From Lachnospiraceae bacterium (lineage in GTDB: Bacteria > Bacillota > Clostridia > Lachnospirales > Lachnospiraceae), in assembly GCA_016283275.1 (NCBI GenBank), contig JAEEMP010000045.1:3528-67527 (forward strand): 64,000 nt of DNA. The letters are read 5' to 3'. Below are positions 40,270 to 50,249 of the stretch, piece by piece. Position numbers and translations under genes: made by a program. Within the stretch, counting starts at the first letter, position 1. Every line of letters begins with the position of its first letter. Under the pieces are notes generated by a model. That model was not told where the DNA came from. It did not search any database and was given only the letters and a program-made list of their open reading frames with translations.

Positions 40270-41949
40270 CTAATAGATCTTTGAATATTCTCCTTCCAAG
40301 AGTGATAACATCTCTTCCTTGTTAAGAAGGTGATAATAATCATAGCCGTCATCGATCGAACCGCCGTCTCCCATTACATTCATTACATTTCTTTTATATA
40401 CATCTTCGGAAACTTCCTTGCCGTTCCATTTGTATATATAAGTATAATTCCCGTATTCGTCGGGACCGCCGGGAGCGTCTTCGTATTCACCCTGAGCAAC
40501 CAGAGTGAATCTTGCGTTTTCAAGCTTGTAGATATAATCGTAATAATATCCCATGTGTCCGTCGCTGTTATTCAATAATCCGCTTCCGGGAGAATATGTA
40601 AATCCAAGTCTCATGGTCTGAAGAACACCCATTTCATCGGAATAATTGCTGCATGACATTATCGTGGTGCCCGTTGCTTCGCAGTCACCGACTCTTATAA
40701 GCTCCGGAATGCCATCACTATCTATATTTATAAAATCGTATCCCAGCATATAATCGGGATCGTCTTTTATGGCATTGATATATTTCTCTTTGTATTCATT
40801 CGTATACTGTGCCATGCTCCTAAGTGTATTTAACACTTCTTCTGCGGAGCAATCGGAAAGATCCGACATCGCAAACTCGCTTGCTGAGTCATCAAGATAA
40901 TAATATCCCCAAACATTGCACGTATAGACCTTAAAGACTTCAGAGTATGTATTGTCTTTTTCCTTATACCTTTCTTTTACCACCACATCGATCGTACAGT
41001 CTGCGTTAAGATCTCCTAAAGCAATACTGTCTATGGAATCAAACTTTTTATTAAGCTTATTGGTGTAATTAAAGTTAACGAAGGTGAAGATTACCGAGTT
41101 GTCCGAAATAAGCTTGATGGTGATATCATCATCGTCTTTCTTGGGCTCGTATACCATTATCTGCGCCGATCCGTAATAAGGTATCGTTAAGTCGTAACAC
41201 CACTCCTTAATGGCACCTTCTTCATACAAAGGAAGCGAAGAAACAAAAAGATAATTGTCGTCTTCCTGTTTTAAAACAACTTCTTTCGGAGTTATATAAT
41301 AACCTGTCTCGTAGCCGTATTCGCATTCTTTGTTGGGATAAACCTTTAATACGACTTTGTCACCGTCCCTATGACCTTCATAAACATCGTAAACGTACCA
41401 GTTGACATCTCCTCTGGCAAAGTAATAAGTCGGTCCTTCAGGATCGGAATAATCATAATCGGAGTACGCACCGTTAAGACCGTAAAAAAAGTAATCGAAT
41501 TCGTAACCTGTCTTTTCCGTAAGGATCTCATCCAGCCTTGCGTTCGTGATCTTAGCTAAGCCCGTATACATTTCATCCCATCCGGAAATGCGCAAAAAAT
41601 TTTCACGATCTTCGTCGGTAACAGAAGCATCAAGATCTCCGTTATAGAAGACCTGCATAAGATCGCAATATCTTATATCCGTATAATCCGACAAAAGAAA
41701 CCCGTAATTGTAACTTTGTTTGATGAAATCATCGAAAAAGGCGATCTCTTCTTTACTGAGCGTTTCGTCCGGAAGATCGACCGGCGGTTCCGGTTCGGGT
41801 TCGGGCTCAGGCTCAACCTCGGAAACCGAAGCAACACTTTGACTTAAACTTGGCAAAGGCTCAATATCGGGTACTTTTACACTTCCGCCGCAGGCCGTTA
41901 ATACCAAAGTAAGAACAATAATTATAGAAACAAACGATTTTCTAAGCAT
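40270..41949 (-). CDS. Hypothetical lipoprotein (EP linker, Asp/Tyr-rich, DxNxD-like motifs)
   Basis: Lipobox LTAC, EPEPEPEPEPP, GDLNADCTIDV and NIDSDGIPEL motifs. Confidence 0.75.
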   Translation of the reverse strand: MLRKSFVSIIIVLTLVLTACGGSVKVPDIEPLPSLSQSVASVSEVEPEPEPEPEPPVDLPDETLSKEEIAFFDDFIKQSYNYGFLLSDYTDIRYCDLMQVFYNGDLDASVTDEDRENFLRISGWDEMYTGLAKITNARLDEILTEKTGYEFDYFFYGLNGAYSDYDYSDPEGPTYYFARGDVNWYVYDVYEGHRDGDKVVLKVYPNKECEYGYETGYYITPKEVVLKQEDDNYLFVSSLPLYEEGAIKEWCYDLTIPYYGSAQIMVYEPKKDDDDITIKLISDNSVIFTFVNFNYTNKLNKKFDSIDSIALGDLNADCTIDVVVKERYKEKDNTYSEVFKVYTCNVWGYYYLDDSASEFAMSDLSDCSAEEVLNTLRSMAQYTNEYKEKYINAIKDDPDYMLGYDFINIDSDGIPELIRVGDCEATGTTIMSCSNYSDEMGVLQTMRLGFTYSPGSGLLNNSDGHMGYYYDYIYKLENARFTLVAQGEYEDAPGGPDEYGNYTYIYKWNGKEVSEDVYKRNVMNVMGDGGSIDDGYDYYHLLNKEEMLSLLEGEYSKIY

Positions 41950-42009
41950 ATTTATTCCTCCTTATAAAATCCCTCTAATGATGATATTACCATTATTGAC
42001 AAAAAAACA

Positions 42010-42032
42010 AAACCACCCAAAAGGGTGGTTTT
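42010..42032 (-). terminator. Rho-independent terminator
   Basis: AAAACCACCC-AAAA-GGGTGGTTTT with flanking A/T runs. Confidence 0.7.
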
Positions 42033-42033
42033 A

Positions 42034-42678
42034 TCAATCCGCAGTAAAATGCAATTCTTTGTGTGTGACCGGATGTTTAAATGACAGTTCAACAGCTCTT
42101 AACGAAACCGTATAGATATTGAGCATCGAGGACACCCGCTTACTTTCTTCGGTCCCGTATTTTTGATCGCCTAAGATCGGCATTCCCGCATGAGAAAGCT
42201 GAAGCCTGATCTGATGATGCCTTCCTGTTTCAAGTTTTATCAAAAGTTCTGCCAAAGATTCGTCTTCGCTTAATGTTTCATATGATAAAACAGCTTTCTT
42301 TGCACCCTTATCATCGGAAGACGCCACATGCGAAGTATTGGTCTTTGCATCCTTTACAAGATAGTCGGTAAGCTTTCCCCGTCTTACAAAGTCGTTGGGC
42401 TTAAGTACTCTTGCCTTATATATCTTTAAAAAATCATCCGAGCTCATTTCCTTTGAAAGGACTGCTGCCGCATCCCTATTCTTTGCAAGTACCATAAGTC
42501 CCGATACCGGCTTATCAAGCCTGTGCACTACGTATATTTCGGCAGGTTCACCTTTTGATCTTCTTAACTTTTTTATCTCGCTTTCAACATCCTTTTCGCC
42601 CACGGATCTTGTCTGTACCGCAAGCCCTGCAGGCTTATCTATCACAAGGATGTCTTTATCTTCATATATGATATCCAT
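42034..42678 (-). CDS. RluA family pseudouridine synthase
   Basis: IDKPAGL, VHRLDKPVSGL (catalytic Asp), TGRHHQIR, ILGDQKYG. Confidence 0.93.
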   Translation of the reverse strand: MDIIYEDKDILVIDKPAGLAVQTRSVGEKDVESEIKKLRRSKGEPAEIYVVHRLDKPVSGLMVLAKNRDAAAVLSKEMSSDDFLKIYKARVLKPNDFVRRGKLTDYLVKDAKTNTSHVASSDDKGAKKAVLSYETLSEDESLAELLIKLETGRHHQIRLQLSHAGMPILGDQKYGTEESKRVSSMLNIYTVSLRAVELSFKHPVTHKELHFTAD

Positions 42679-43370
42679 CAGATCTTAAACCTGTAGCCTA
42701 CTCCCCATATGGTTTCGATATATTGGGGATTCGATGAATCGAATTCGATCTTTTCGCGGATCTTTTTAATGTGGACGGTTACGGTGGCAATATCACCGAT
42801 CGATTCCATATCCCAGATCTCTCTGAAAAGTTCGTCTTTTGTATATACGTGGTTCGGATTCTCCGCAAGGAAGGTTAAAAGATCGAACTCCTTGGTGGTA
42901 AACTGTTTTTCCTCTCCGTCCACCCATACACGTCTTGCGGTCTTGTCTATCTTAAGACCTCTGATCTCGATGATCTTATTGTCGGGTTTTGAGTTTGTGT
43001 TGACTAAACGCTCATATCTTGCAAGGTGTGCCTTAACGCGTGCCACAAGTTCACTGGGACTGAACGGCTTTGTCATGTAATCGTCGGCACCGAGACCCAA
43101 GCCTCTTATCTTGTCTATATCATCCTTTTTGGCCGATACCATAAGGATCGGAACATTTTTCTTTTCCCTTATGGACTTGCATACTTCAAATCCGTCCTTA
43201 CCCGGAAGCATAAGATCGAGCACGATAAGATCGTAATCTTCGTTTAACGCTTTTCTCTCGCCTTCATTGCCGTCGGACGCAATTTCTACCGTAAAATCGC
43301 TAAGTTCAAGATAATCTTTTTCAAGATCCGCGATAGCTTCTTCATCTTCAATAATAAGTATCTTACTCAT
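42678..43370 (-). CDS. OmpR family response regulator
   Basis: ILIIEDE, VLDLMLP, DDYMTKPF, TVTVHIKKIREKIE, TIWGVGY. Confidence 0.95.
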   Translation of the reverse strand: MSKILIIEDEEAIADLEKDYLELSDFTVEIASDGNEGERKALNEDYDLIVLDLMLPGKDGFEVCKSIREKKNVPILMVSAKKDDIDKIRGLGLGADDYMTKPFSPSELVARVKAHLARYERLVNTNSKPDNKIIEIRGLKIDKTARRVWVDGEEKQFTTKEFDLLTFLAENPNHVYTKDELFREIWDMESIGDIATVTVHIKKIREKIEFDSSNPQYIETIWGVGYRFKI

Positions 43371-44487
43371 CTTTATTGGCCTCCTCATACTTTCTTATTA
43401 TAAAGTGCATACAGGTTCCTTCGCCCTCCTTGCTGGTCGCGAAGATATACCCGCCATGGTCTTCCACTATCTTCTTAACGATCGAAAGCCCTATACCGCT
43501 TCCGCCTTTGCTCGAATTTCTGGAAGAGTCCGTTCTGTAAAATCTTTCAAATATATTCGGAAGGTCTTTGGCTGCTATGCCTCGACCGTTATCCTCGATC
43601 TCAACCTTTATCGCATCCGCTTCGTCAAGGATCCTTATATCAATGATGCCTTTTTCTTTTTCCTTGTCCATGTACTTAACGGAATTGGAAATTATGTTGT
43701 TTATGACCCGCTTAAGCTGTTCGGGATCCGCTATGATACGCGTGTCCGCAGGCACAAGGTTTGTATAATTGAGCTCTATACCCTTCGACTCAAGCTCCAC
43801 TCCGACCTCTTCTATACAATCGTTAAAGTAGTCGGAAACGTTAAGTCGTAAGAAGGTGTAAGGAATACGGTTTGTATCGATCTTTGAATATATCGTAAGC
43901 TCATTTATGAGCCTGTCCATATCATTGGCCTTGTTGTAGATGGTCTTAATGTATTTGTCCATCTTCTCGGGCGAATCGGCAACACCGTCCATGATGCCTT
44001 CGACATATCCTTTTATCGCCGTAATGGGGGTTTTAAGGTCATGAGAGATATTCGTGATGAGTTCTTTGTTCTGCTCTTCGTTTTGTATCTTTTCGTCGGC
44101 ATTTTCCTTAAGCCTCAGCCTCATATCTTCGTAGCTTTTGTAAAGATCGGAGATCTCGCCGTCGACGGATGCGGTATCAAGTGTATAATCAAAGTTTCCG
44201 TCAGCTATCTGCTTAAGTCCTATACCCAGATCGTTGATCGGACTGAAAACGCTCTTTCCTATCCATGCGGTAAGAAGGCTCGCTATCACAAACAGGATCA
44301 CAAAGAAACATATCCATCCGGATATCATGATGCTTTTCGGCATCAGATTTCCCACATTATCGACACCGCCGGTCTGCCTTAACTTGATCATTATGCTGCT
44401 GACCGCGATAAAACTTATGGAGAAAAGGATTATCGGCAATATCGCTATGGATGCAAACGTAATATAAAGCTTGGTCTTAAGTTTCAT
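43363..44487 (-). CDS. Sensor histidine kinase (HAMP, minimal extracellular loop)
   Basis: Two TM, HAMP, ISHDLKTP, NIISNSVKY, DNGRG, GGSGIGLSI. Confidence 0.94.
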   Translation of the reverse strand: MKLKTKLYITFASIAILPIILFSISFIAVSSIMIKLRQTGGVDNVGNLMPKSIMISGWICFFVILFVIASLLTAWIGKSVFSPINDLGIGLKQIADGNFDYTLDTASVDGEISDLYKSYEDMRLRLKENADEKIQNEEQNKELITNISHDLKTPITAIKGYVEGIMDGVADSPEKMDKYIKTIYNKANDMDRLINELTIYSKIDTNRIPYTFLRLNVSDYFNDCIEEVGVELESKGIELNYTNLVPADTRIIADPEQLKRVINNIISNSVKYMDKEKEKGIIDIRILDEADAIKVEIEDNGRGIAAKDLPNIFERFYRTDSSRNSSKGGSGIGLSIVKKIVEDHGGYIFATSKEGEGTCMHFIIRKYEEANKDE

Positions 44488-44561
44488 AAAACTCCCTTCC
44501 TTTCCGTATATTCTAACACATTTGGCCCACATATAAATAAATCAAAAGAAATATAAGTATT

Positions 44562-44597
44562 AAAAAAAAATAAACCCTTATCGCAATGATAAGGGTT
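44562..44597 (-). terminator. Rho-independent terminator
   Basis: AACCCTTATC/GATAAGGGTT stem with downstream T run on the minus strand. Confidence 0.7.
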
Positions 44598-44601
44598 CAT
44601 A

Positions 44602-45315
44602 TCAAAAATCGTGTTTGGTGGCCTCATACAAGGCTATGCTTGCGGCGATCGGAAGATTTAAACTGTCTATCCTGTCAGAATGCGGGATGATCACGCTTGT
44701 GCCTTCATTTAAAAACTCATCCGGAAGGCCTGTCGCCTCATTTCCGAAGATCAAAGAAAACGGAGCTTTAAATTCTGTTTCGGGAAGCTTCTTTTTGGCC
44801 TTAAGCATAAAAGGATAAGTCTCCCTGTCTCCCACAGCCTTTTTGTAATCCGAAAAAGAATCGAATTCTTCAACGTTCATCCTGAATATCGCGCCCATCG
44901 ACGCACGGATGGTCTTTGGGTCGAACGGATCGACACAAGGCCTTATTATCGCAAGGTCTTCTATCCTAAAGCCAGAGGCACTTCTCATTATGGTGCCCAT
45001 GTTGCCCGCATTTGACGGATTGTTGAGCACGACATGCGAGGCGCCCGGATTTACTTTTCTGTAAAACTTTTTAAACTCTCCGATCACATAACAGTTTTCC
45101 TTTTGTGAAAGGATATTGAACGGTTTATCGGAAAATTCCATTAAAATGCCGGCGTCTTTGCAAAGCCCTTCAAGTTTTTTAAAGGACTCACCTTTTTCAA
45201 AAGCCGAATGGATATAGACTTTTGTGGCATATTCTTTGGCATATTTTAAAAGCTCAAAGGTAAGCGTTATACCAAGAGCATAGGATATCTCATCCTCTCT
45301 TCTATACCTCTTCAC
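44602..45315 (-). CDS. TrmH/SpoU family RNA methyltransferase
   Basis: NPSNAGNMGTIMRS, IRASMGA, LIFGNEATGL, SLNLPIA; GTG start overlaps the lgt end. Confidence 0.88.
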   Translation of the reverse strand: MKRYRREDEISYALGITLTFELLKYAKEYATKVYIHSAFEKGESFKKLEGLCKDAGILMEFSDKPFNILSQKENCYVIGEFKKFYRKVNPGASHVVLNNPSNAGNMGTIMRSASGFRIEDLAIIRPCVDPFDPKTIRASMGAIFRMNVEEFDSFSDYKKAVGDRETYPFMLKAKKKLPETEFKAPFSLIFGNEATGLPDEFLNEGTSVIIPHSDRIDSLNLPIAASIALYEATKHDF

Positions 45316-46111
45316 CGTCTTTTTCCTCTTTATCGTCGGAAACCGTTTCAACCGATACCTCTTCTTTTTCCTTATGAAGGATTGCCCATGCAAGGAAAAG
45401 AACACCGGCTGTAAATATGATCACGCTGAAAAACTGCGATGTGGAAAGACCCAGGATCGTACCGCGGTCGTCGTTTCTGAAAAACTCTATCACAAAACGG
45501 CCCACACTGTAAGTGATCATATAACACGAAGCCACTACACCCTTTTTCTTGGCCTTCTTTGCAAGTATAAGAAGGAATACCATGTTAAGGAAGTTAAGCC
45601 CCGATGAAATAAGCTGTGTGGGGATGAGCTTTACATTGTTTGGCGCAAAATGGGAATGAGTAAAAGCGATACCGATCGGGCAGCTTGTCTCTCTTCCGTA
45701 ACAGCAGCCTGCCATAAAACAGCCTATACGGCCGAATCCCTGTGCGATAGCTATCGAAGGTGCACAAAGATCGAAATAATCAAGAAACGTAACTTTCTTT
45801 ATGCGGCAATAGATGTAAGCCGCAAGCACACCGCCCGCAAGACCGCCTATTACCACAAAACCGCTCTGTGACAAAAACATTTTGGGGTTTTTGATAAACT
45901 CATCAAACTCGGTCAGGATGAACGTGAGTTTTGAGCACATGTATCCGAAAATAACTCCGAAAAGAAGGATCCCGTAACATATATCGTCACTTAAACCGCG
46001 CTTTTTTGCCCTTGCGCATGCAAGCCATAATGCGGCAATAAGCGCGATCGCGGTAAAAACTCCGTAACTGTGGACCGTTATGGGTCCGATACTGAATAAA
46101 TCGTTGTACAT
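45302..46111 (-). CDS. lgt: Prolipoprotein diacylglyceryl transferase
   Basis: IGPITVHSYG, AQGFGRIGCFMAGCCYG, PTQL, RFVIEFFR. Confidence 0.9.
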   Translation of the reverse strand: MYNDLFSIGPITVHSYGVFTAIALIAALWLACARAKKRGLSDDICYGILLFGVIFGYMCSKLTFILTEFDEFIKNPKMFLSQSGFVVIGGLAGGVLAAYIYCRIKKVTFLDYFDLCAPSIAIAQGFGRIGCFMAGCCYGRETSCPIGIAFTHSHFAPNNVKLIPTQLISSGLNFLNMVFLLILAKKAKKKGVVASCYMITYSVGRFVIEFFRNDDRGTILGLSTSQFFSVIIFTAGVLFLAWAILHKEKEEVSVETVSDDKEEKDGEEV

Positions 46112-46134
46112 ATAATATCCTTTCGACTATGCAT

Positions 46135-46161
46135 AAAAAAACTCCGGCTTTAAGCCGGAGT
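46135..46161 (-). terminator. Terminator of acpP
   Basis: ACTCCGGCTT/AAGCCGGAGT stem followed by a T run on the minus strand. Confidence 0.75.
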
Positions 46162-46174
46162 ATCAAGTCTTTAA

Positions 46175-46405
46175 TTACTGATCCGTATATTTCTTGATAA
46201 ACTCCATAATATCGCCGACGGTTGAGATACCCTCAAGTTCCTCGGGATTAAGCTCAATGTTGTATTCCTCTTCAAAAGCCATAACAAGTTCAAGTAAGTC
46301 AAGCGAATCAACACCAAGATCATCTTTAAAAGAGGTATCTTCCGTAATCTCCACATCGTCAATGTTAAGCTGCTCTTTAATAATGTCGATTATTCTTTCA
46401 AGCAT
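46175..46405 (-). CDS. acpP: Acyl carrier protein
   Basis: DDLGVDSLDLLELVMAFEEEY phosphopantetheine motif. Confidence 0.95.
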   Translation of the reverse strand: MLERIIDIIKEQLNIDDVEITEDTSFKDDLGVDSLDLLELVMAFEEEYNIELNPEELEGISTVGDIMEFIKKYTDQ

Positions 46406-46462
46406 ATAATAGTCTCCTCAATAAAAATAGCGCTGTTTTTTTGACTTCCCCTCGTTACACAA

Positions 46463-46491
46463 AGTATAAAATCGATAAATTTGTTTGTCAA
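46463..46491 (-). promoter_or_regulatory. Sigma-A promoter of acpP
   Basis: TTGACA-N17-TATACT. Confidence 0.75.
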
Positions 46492-46501
46492 TGCCCTTAG
46501 A

Positions 46502-47245
46502 TCAATATCCGTATATATCATATATTTCGTCGGTATATACGCCTTTTTCCTTATAAACGACAAGCGGTTTCTCAACCTTTATGCGGCTCTTTCCGCCCCT
46601 TACAGCCTCTATGAGTACCATGTTGGGTTCGTGATCTATAAAAGGATATACAAGCTGCATCCGCTTAGGTTCAAGTTTGTACTTTGTAAGCGTGATCATG
46701 ATCTCGGCAAGCCTGAACGGTCTGTGCACAAGGTAAAACCGTCCGCCCGGCTTAAGCACTAAAGCAGCATTCTCACATACCTCATCAAACGTTACCTTGA
46801 TTTCATGTCTTGCTATCGAAAGCGCATCATCCGGATTTTTAAGCCCGTGTTCGCCTATCATATAAGGCGGATTGCATGTGACCGCATCAAAAGAAGCTTT
46901 CTTAAATATCGTTTTGGCATCTTTGATATCACCCTCGATCACCTTGATCTTGTCGGTAAGATCGTTTAACATCACGCTTCTTAACGCCATATCGGCAGAA
47001 TCGTGTTGTATCTCCAGCGCGGTAAAAGAACGCGCCTTTGTCTTTGCGGATAAAAGGATCGGTATGATACCGGTTCCGGTACCCATATCAAGGATATCGT
47101 CACCTTCTTTTATATCATTCGCAAAACCCGTTAACAGCACCGCATCCATCCCGAAACAGAAGCGTTTGGTATCCTGGATAATCTTTAAGTTGTTGCGCTC
47201 CAGATCATCGATGCGCTCATATTCTTTTAACTTAATGTCAGTCAT
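46502..47245 (-). CDS. tRNA1(Val) A37 N6-methyltransferase-like (YabB/TrmN6)
   Basis: FCFGMDAVLL, LDMGTGTG, CNPPY, IARHE, VHRPFRL. Confidence 0.88.
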   Translation of the reverse strand: MTDIKLKEYERIDDLERNNLKIIQDTKRFCFGMDAVLLTGFANDIKEGDDILDMGTGTGIIPILLSAKTKARSFTALEIQHDSADMALRSVMLNDLTDKIKVIEGDIKDAKTIFKKASFDAVTCNPPYMIGEHGLKNPDDALSIARHEIKVTFDEVCENAALVLKPGGRFYLVHRPFRLAEIMITLTKYKLEPKRMQLVYPFIDHEPNMVLIEAVRGGKSRIKVEKPLVVYKEKGVYTDEIYDIYGY

Positions 47246-48143
47246 CTAATTTGGATTCGCCATCCGGCTTTTCAAGTTCTGCAAGTGCAGCCTGCTCTTC
47301 TTTCGTAAGTTCAAGCTTCTTGGGTTTTCTTCTCTTAAATCTTAATTCATCGGGCTTAAATTCCATAAGTTCCTTCTCGTCGTCGACGTCCACGATGACT
47401 TTCACTATCTGGCGAAGTACGTTGACCGACTGAACCTGACCCTTCTGATTACCGTTTATGATGGTAACCTCGTCACCGACATTCGGAAGATTTCTGTTTA
47501 ATTCCTCGTAAGTTTCTTCTTCGTTCTTAAGACAACACATAAGCCTTCCGCAAACGCCCGAAATCTTTGTGGCATTAAGCGAAAGATTCTGTTCCTTGGC
47601 CATCTTTATCGAAACGGGACTGAAATCCGCCATATATGTATTGCAGCATAAAGGCCTGCCGCATATACCTATACCGCCGCGAAGCTTTGCTTCATCGCGG
47701 ACACCGACCTGACGCATCTCTATACGGGTATGGAATACGCTTGCAAGATCTTTTACAAGTTCACGGAAATCCACTCTTCCGTCGGAAAAGTAATAGAAAA
47801 GGATCTTATTGTTATCGAATGTATACTCTGCATTGATAAGCTTCATCGGGAGAGCTCTCTTTTCGATCTTCTCGCGGCATATTACCATTGCATCCTTTTC
47901 TTTTGCCCTGTTATCGGCTTCCTTCTTATCGTCATCCTCGGTCGCAAGTCTTATAACGCTTTTTAAAGGCTGTACAACCTTATCGTCTTCAACTTCGCTT
48001 ACACCCAGGACCACCGTTCCGTATTCAAGACCTCTCGCGGTCTCCACGATCACATGCTGTTCTCTTTTTATATCCAGATCGCCGGGAGCGAAATAGTATA
48101 CCTTACCCGCTTCCCTGAAGCGCACACCTATTACTTTAGTCAT
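47238..48143 (-). CDS. ricT: RicT/YaaT (PSP1 domain) protein
   Basis: GVRFREAGKVYYF, RVDFRELVKDLA, CGRPLCC, ISGVCGRLMCCL. Confidence 0.92.
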   Translation of the reverse strand: MTKVIGVRFREAGKVYYFAPGDLDIKREQHVIVETARGLEYGTVVLGVSEVEDDKVVQPLKSVIRLATEDDDKKEADNRAKEKDAMVICREKIEKRALPMKLINAEYTFDNNKILFYYFSDGRVDFRELVKDLASVFHTRIEMRQVGVRDEAKLRGGIGICGRPLCCNTYMADFSPVSIKMAKEQNLSLNATKISGVCGRLMCCLKNEEETYEELNRNLPNVGDEVTIINGNQKGQVQSVNVLRQIVKVIVDVDDEKELMEFKPDELRFKRRKPKKLELTKEEQAALAELEKPDGESKLDD

Positions 48144-48156
48144 AACTTTACCTTTA

Positions 48157-49146
48157 TCATTTCTCCTTTAATGTTAGGAACAGAAGTTCCATCGTAAGAT
48201 CAAAATTAACGTTGACGCTCAATCTCTTTTTCGCCTTTTCAAGCGCATCGATAATATCCTGAATATCTTCGTAAGAGCTTAAGTCGGCCGCTTTCCTAAT
48301 ATACTGTATTTCATCTTTAAAAATCAAGTTGTTGGCATCGGCCGTTGCCTTAAACATAAGCACATCTCTGTACCAAACCGTAATTATATCAAGATAATCG
48401 TTTATTTCAAGCTTATATCCGGACGCACGTTTGACCGCTTCCGTAAGCTCCGACACTTCCATATCCCTGATATATTTTACAAGCTGTATGACATCGTTTT
48501 TTATGTTGTCGAAATCTTCATTCTTGGCCAAGAGCTTTGCTTTGCCCACATTGCCCCTCGCAAAAGCAACACAGATATCCGCCTTGTAATCGGGTACCTT
48601 TTCGACTTCCATTAAAAACTTTTTAACTTCCTTATCTCTTACCGGACGCATGCTTAAGATCACGGCACGGCTTAAGATCGTGGGAAGAAGTTCCTCAAGA
48701 TTTGAAGTCAAAAGAATAATGACAGCATATTCCGGCGGCTCCTCCATGGTCTTTAATAAAGCATTCTGAGCCTGCGGATTCATCTTTTCGGCTTCGTTGA
48801 TTATATATATTTTTCTTTTGCCGCCGTAAGGCATGATACGAACGGTCTCGTTGACCTGTTCGCGGATATCATCGACACTTATGGTATTGGGTTTGTCGTG
48901 AGTGACTCTTATGATATCCGGATTGCTGCCCGAATACGACATAACGCAGTTATGGCAGTGTCCGCAGGGCTTTCCCTTTTCTTCATCGCATAAAAGGGCA
49001 GAGGAAAAAATCTTTGCGATAAATTCCTTTCCGCTTAACCGCTCTCCGCAGATTATGTATGCGTGCGATATCTTATCCTGTTCAATTGCCGCCATCAGGT
49101 GGCCTTTTATGGCATCCTGACCGACTATATCGCCAAATCCGAACAT
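48157..49146 (-). CDS. holB: DNA polymerase III delta' subunit
   Basis: SHAYII, LLC...PCGHCHNC Zn motif, AQNALLKTMEEPP, LLPTILSR. Confidence 0.93.
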   Translation of the reverse strand: MFGFGDIVGQDAIKGHLMAAIEQDKISHAYIICGERLSGKEFIAKIFSSALLCDEEKGKPCGHCHNCVMSYSGSNPDIIRVTHDKPNTISVDDIREQVNETVRIMPYGGKRKIYIINEAEKMNPQAQNALLKTMEEPPEYAVIILLTSNLEELLPTILSRAVILSMRPVRDKEVKKFLMEVEKVPDYKADICVAFARGNVGKAKLLAKNEDFDNIKNDVIQLVKYIRDMEVSELTEAVKRASGYKLEINDYLDIITVWYRDVLMFKATADANNLIFKDEIQYIRKAADLSSYEDIQDIIDALEKAKKRLSVNVNFDLTMELLFLTLKEK

Positions 49147-49204
49147 TTTTTGCCCTCCGACTCACATTAAAGCCGCTGTTTAAGAAATATCCTTTTAATA
49201 TATA

Positions 49205-49645
49205 TCAGGTAAATATATCGAGGATAAGACCTCTTATATCTCCGATCTTCTGTAATATTGTTATATTGTCCTTCTCGTCTTTGACAAGTTCTTTAGCGAG
49301 CTCATCAAGAGTTTCATCCACAAGCCTTATTATGCCGTATACCCTGTGACGACCCTTCCTGTCCAAAAAGTTTTCCCTTGAAAATGCATGCGAGCGTGAC
49401 ACGACCTCATTCATGAATTCTTTGATCAGGCTTCTGTATTTACGCATATCCTTTATATCCTTTTTCTTGGATATGCGTTCGCCCTGCATTGTGATCTCTT
49501 CCATCAAAGATGAAAGATGAGCCTGAAGATCCGCATCGCTTACCTTACTCATGAGCATGAACTTAAAGTCGCCGTTTGATTCGGTAACCTTCGGAGCTTC
49601 CTGTATCGGTTGTGTATTGGTCAATTGAGTTATTTTGACGTCCAC
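49205..49645 (-). CDS. YaaR/DUF327 family protein
   Basis: [32 protein letters not shown]; upstream of holB. Confidence 0.85.
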   Translation of the reverse strand: MDVKITQLTNTQPIQEAPKVTESNGDFKFMLMSKVSDADLQAHLSSLMEEITMQGERISKKKDIKDMRKYRSLIKEFMNEVVSRSHAFSRENFLDRKGRHRVYGIIRLVDETLDELAKELVKDEKDNITILQKIGDIRGLILDIFT

Positions 49646-49654
49646 GTTTTACCT

Positions 49655-50245
49655 CTATGCCATTTCTATCTTAAGATATCTTTTGATCTCATTTAAACAG
49701 AGACTCAAATCTTCGTTTTTAAAACGCTTTTTGATCTTTGCCTTTTTTATAAGCTCATCCGAAAAATCTTTAGAGTCCGCAAGAAATCTTCTGCACATTT
49801 CCTCATATTTGGGATTGTCCTGTTTCTTTTCACGGTTAAGTGCCCTTGTAAGCCTTATGCCGTCATCGAGTTCGATCAGGACCGGAACCACTTTTTCCCT
49901 GCCGAAATAATCCCTTACTTTCCTGTATGATTCAAGCGTACCTATCGTTATATAGTTGTTTTTGCTCAGATCTATCGAATCATCGGCTACGGTAAAATAT
50001 CTCCACGGACCGTGGCAGGTCTCGTAACATCTGTCTTCCACGACTTTCCCGGCATCCGAGAGCTTTTTAAAGCCGTCTTCGTCCGTAAAATGATACTCAT
50101 GCCCTTCTTTTTCGCCTTCTCTGATCGGTCTGGTCGTATAGGAAACTATAGTTAAAAACTTATATTCTTTGTCCTTAAGTAAGGCCTTGAATATAGTATC
50201 CTTCCCGGTGGAGCTTTTGCCCATAATATATACTATCTTGCCCAA
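49655..50245 (-). CDS. Guanylate kinase-like protein
   Basis: GKSSTGKDT P-loop, YTTRPIREGEKEGHEYHF; TTG start with AAGGA RBS. Confidence 0.82.
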   Translation of the reverse strand: MGKIVYIMGKSSTGKDTIFKALLKDKEYKFLTIVSYTTRPIREGEKEGHEYHFTDEDGFKKLSDAGKVVEDRCYETCHGPWRYFTVADDSIDLSKNNYITIGTLESYRKVRDYFGREKVVPVLIELDDGIRLTRALNREKKQDNPKYEEMCRRFLADSKDFSDELIKKAKIKKRFKNEDLSLCLNEIKRYLKIEMA

Positions 50246-50249
50246 TTTA

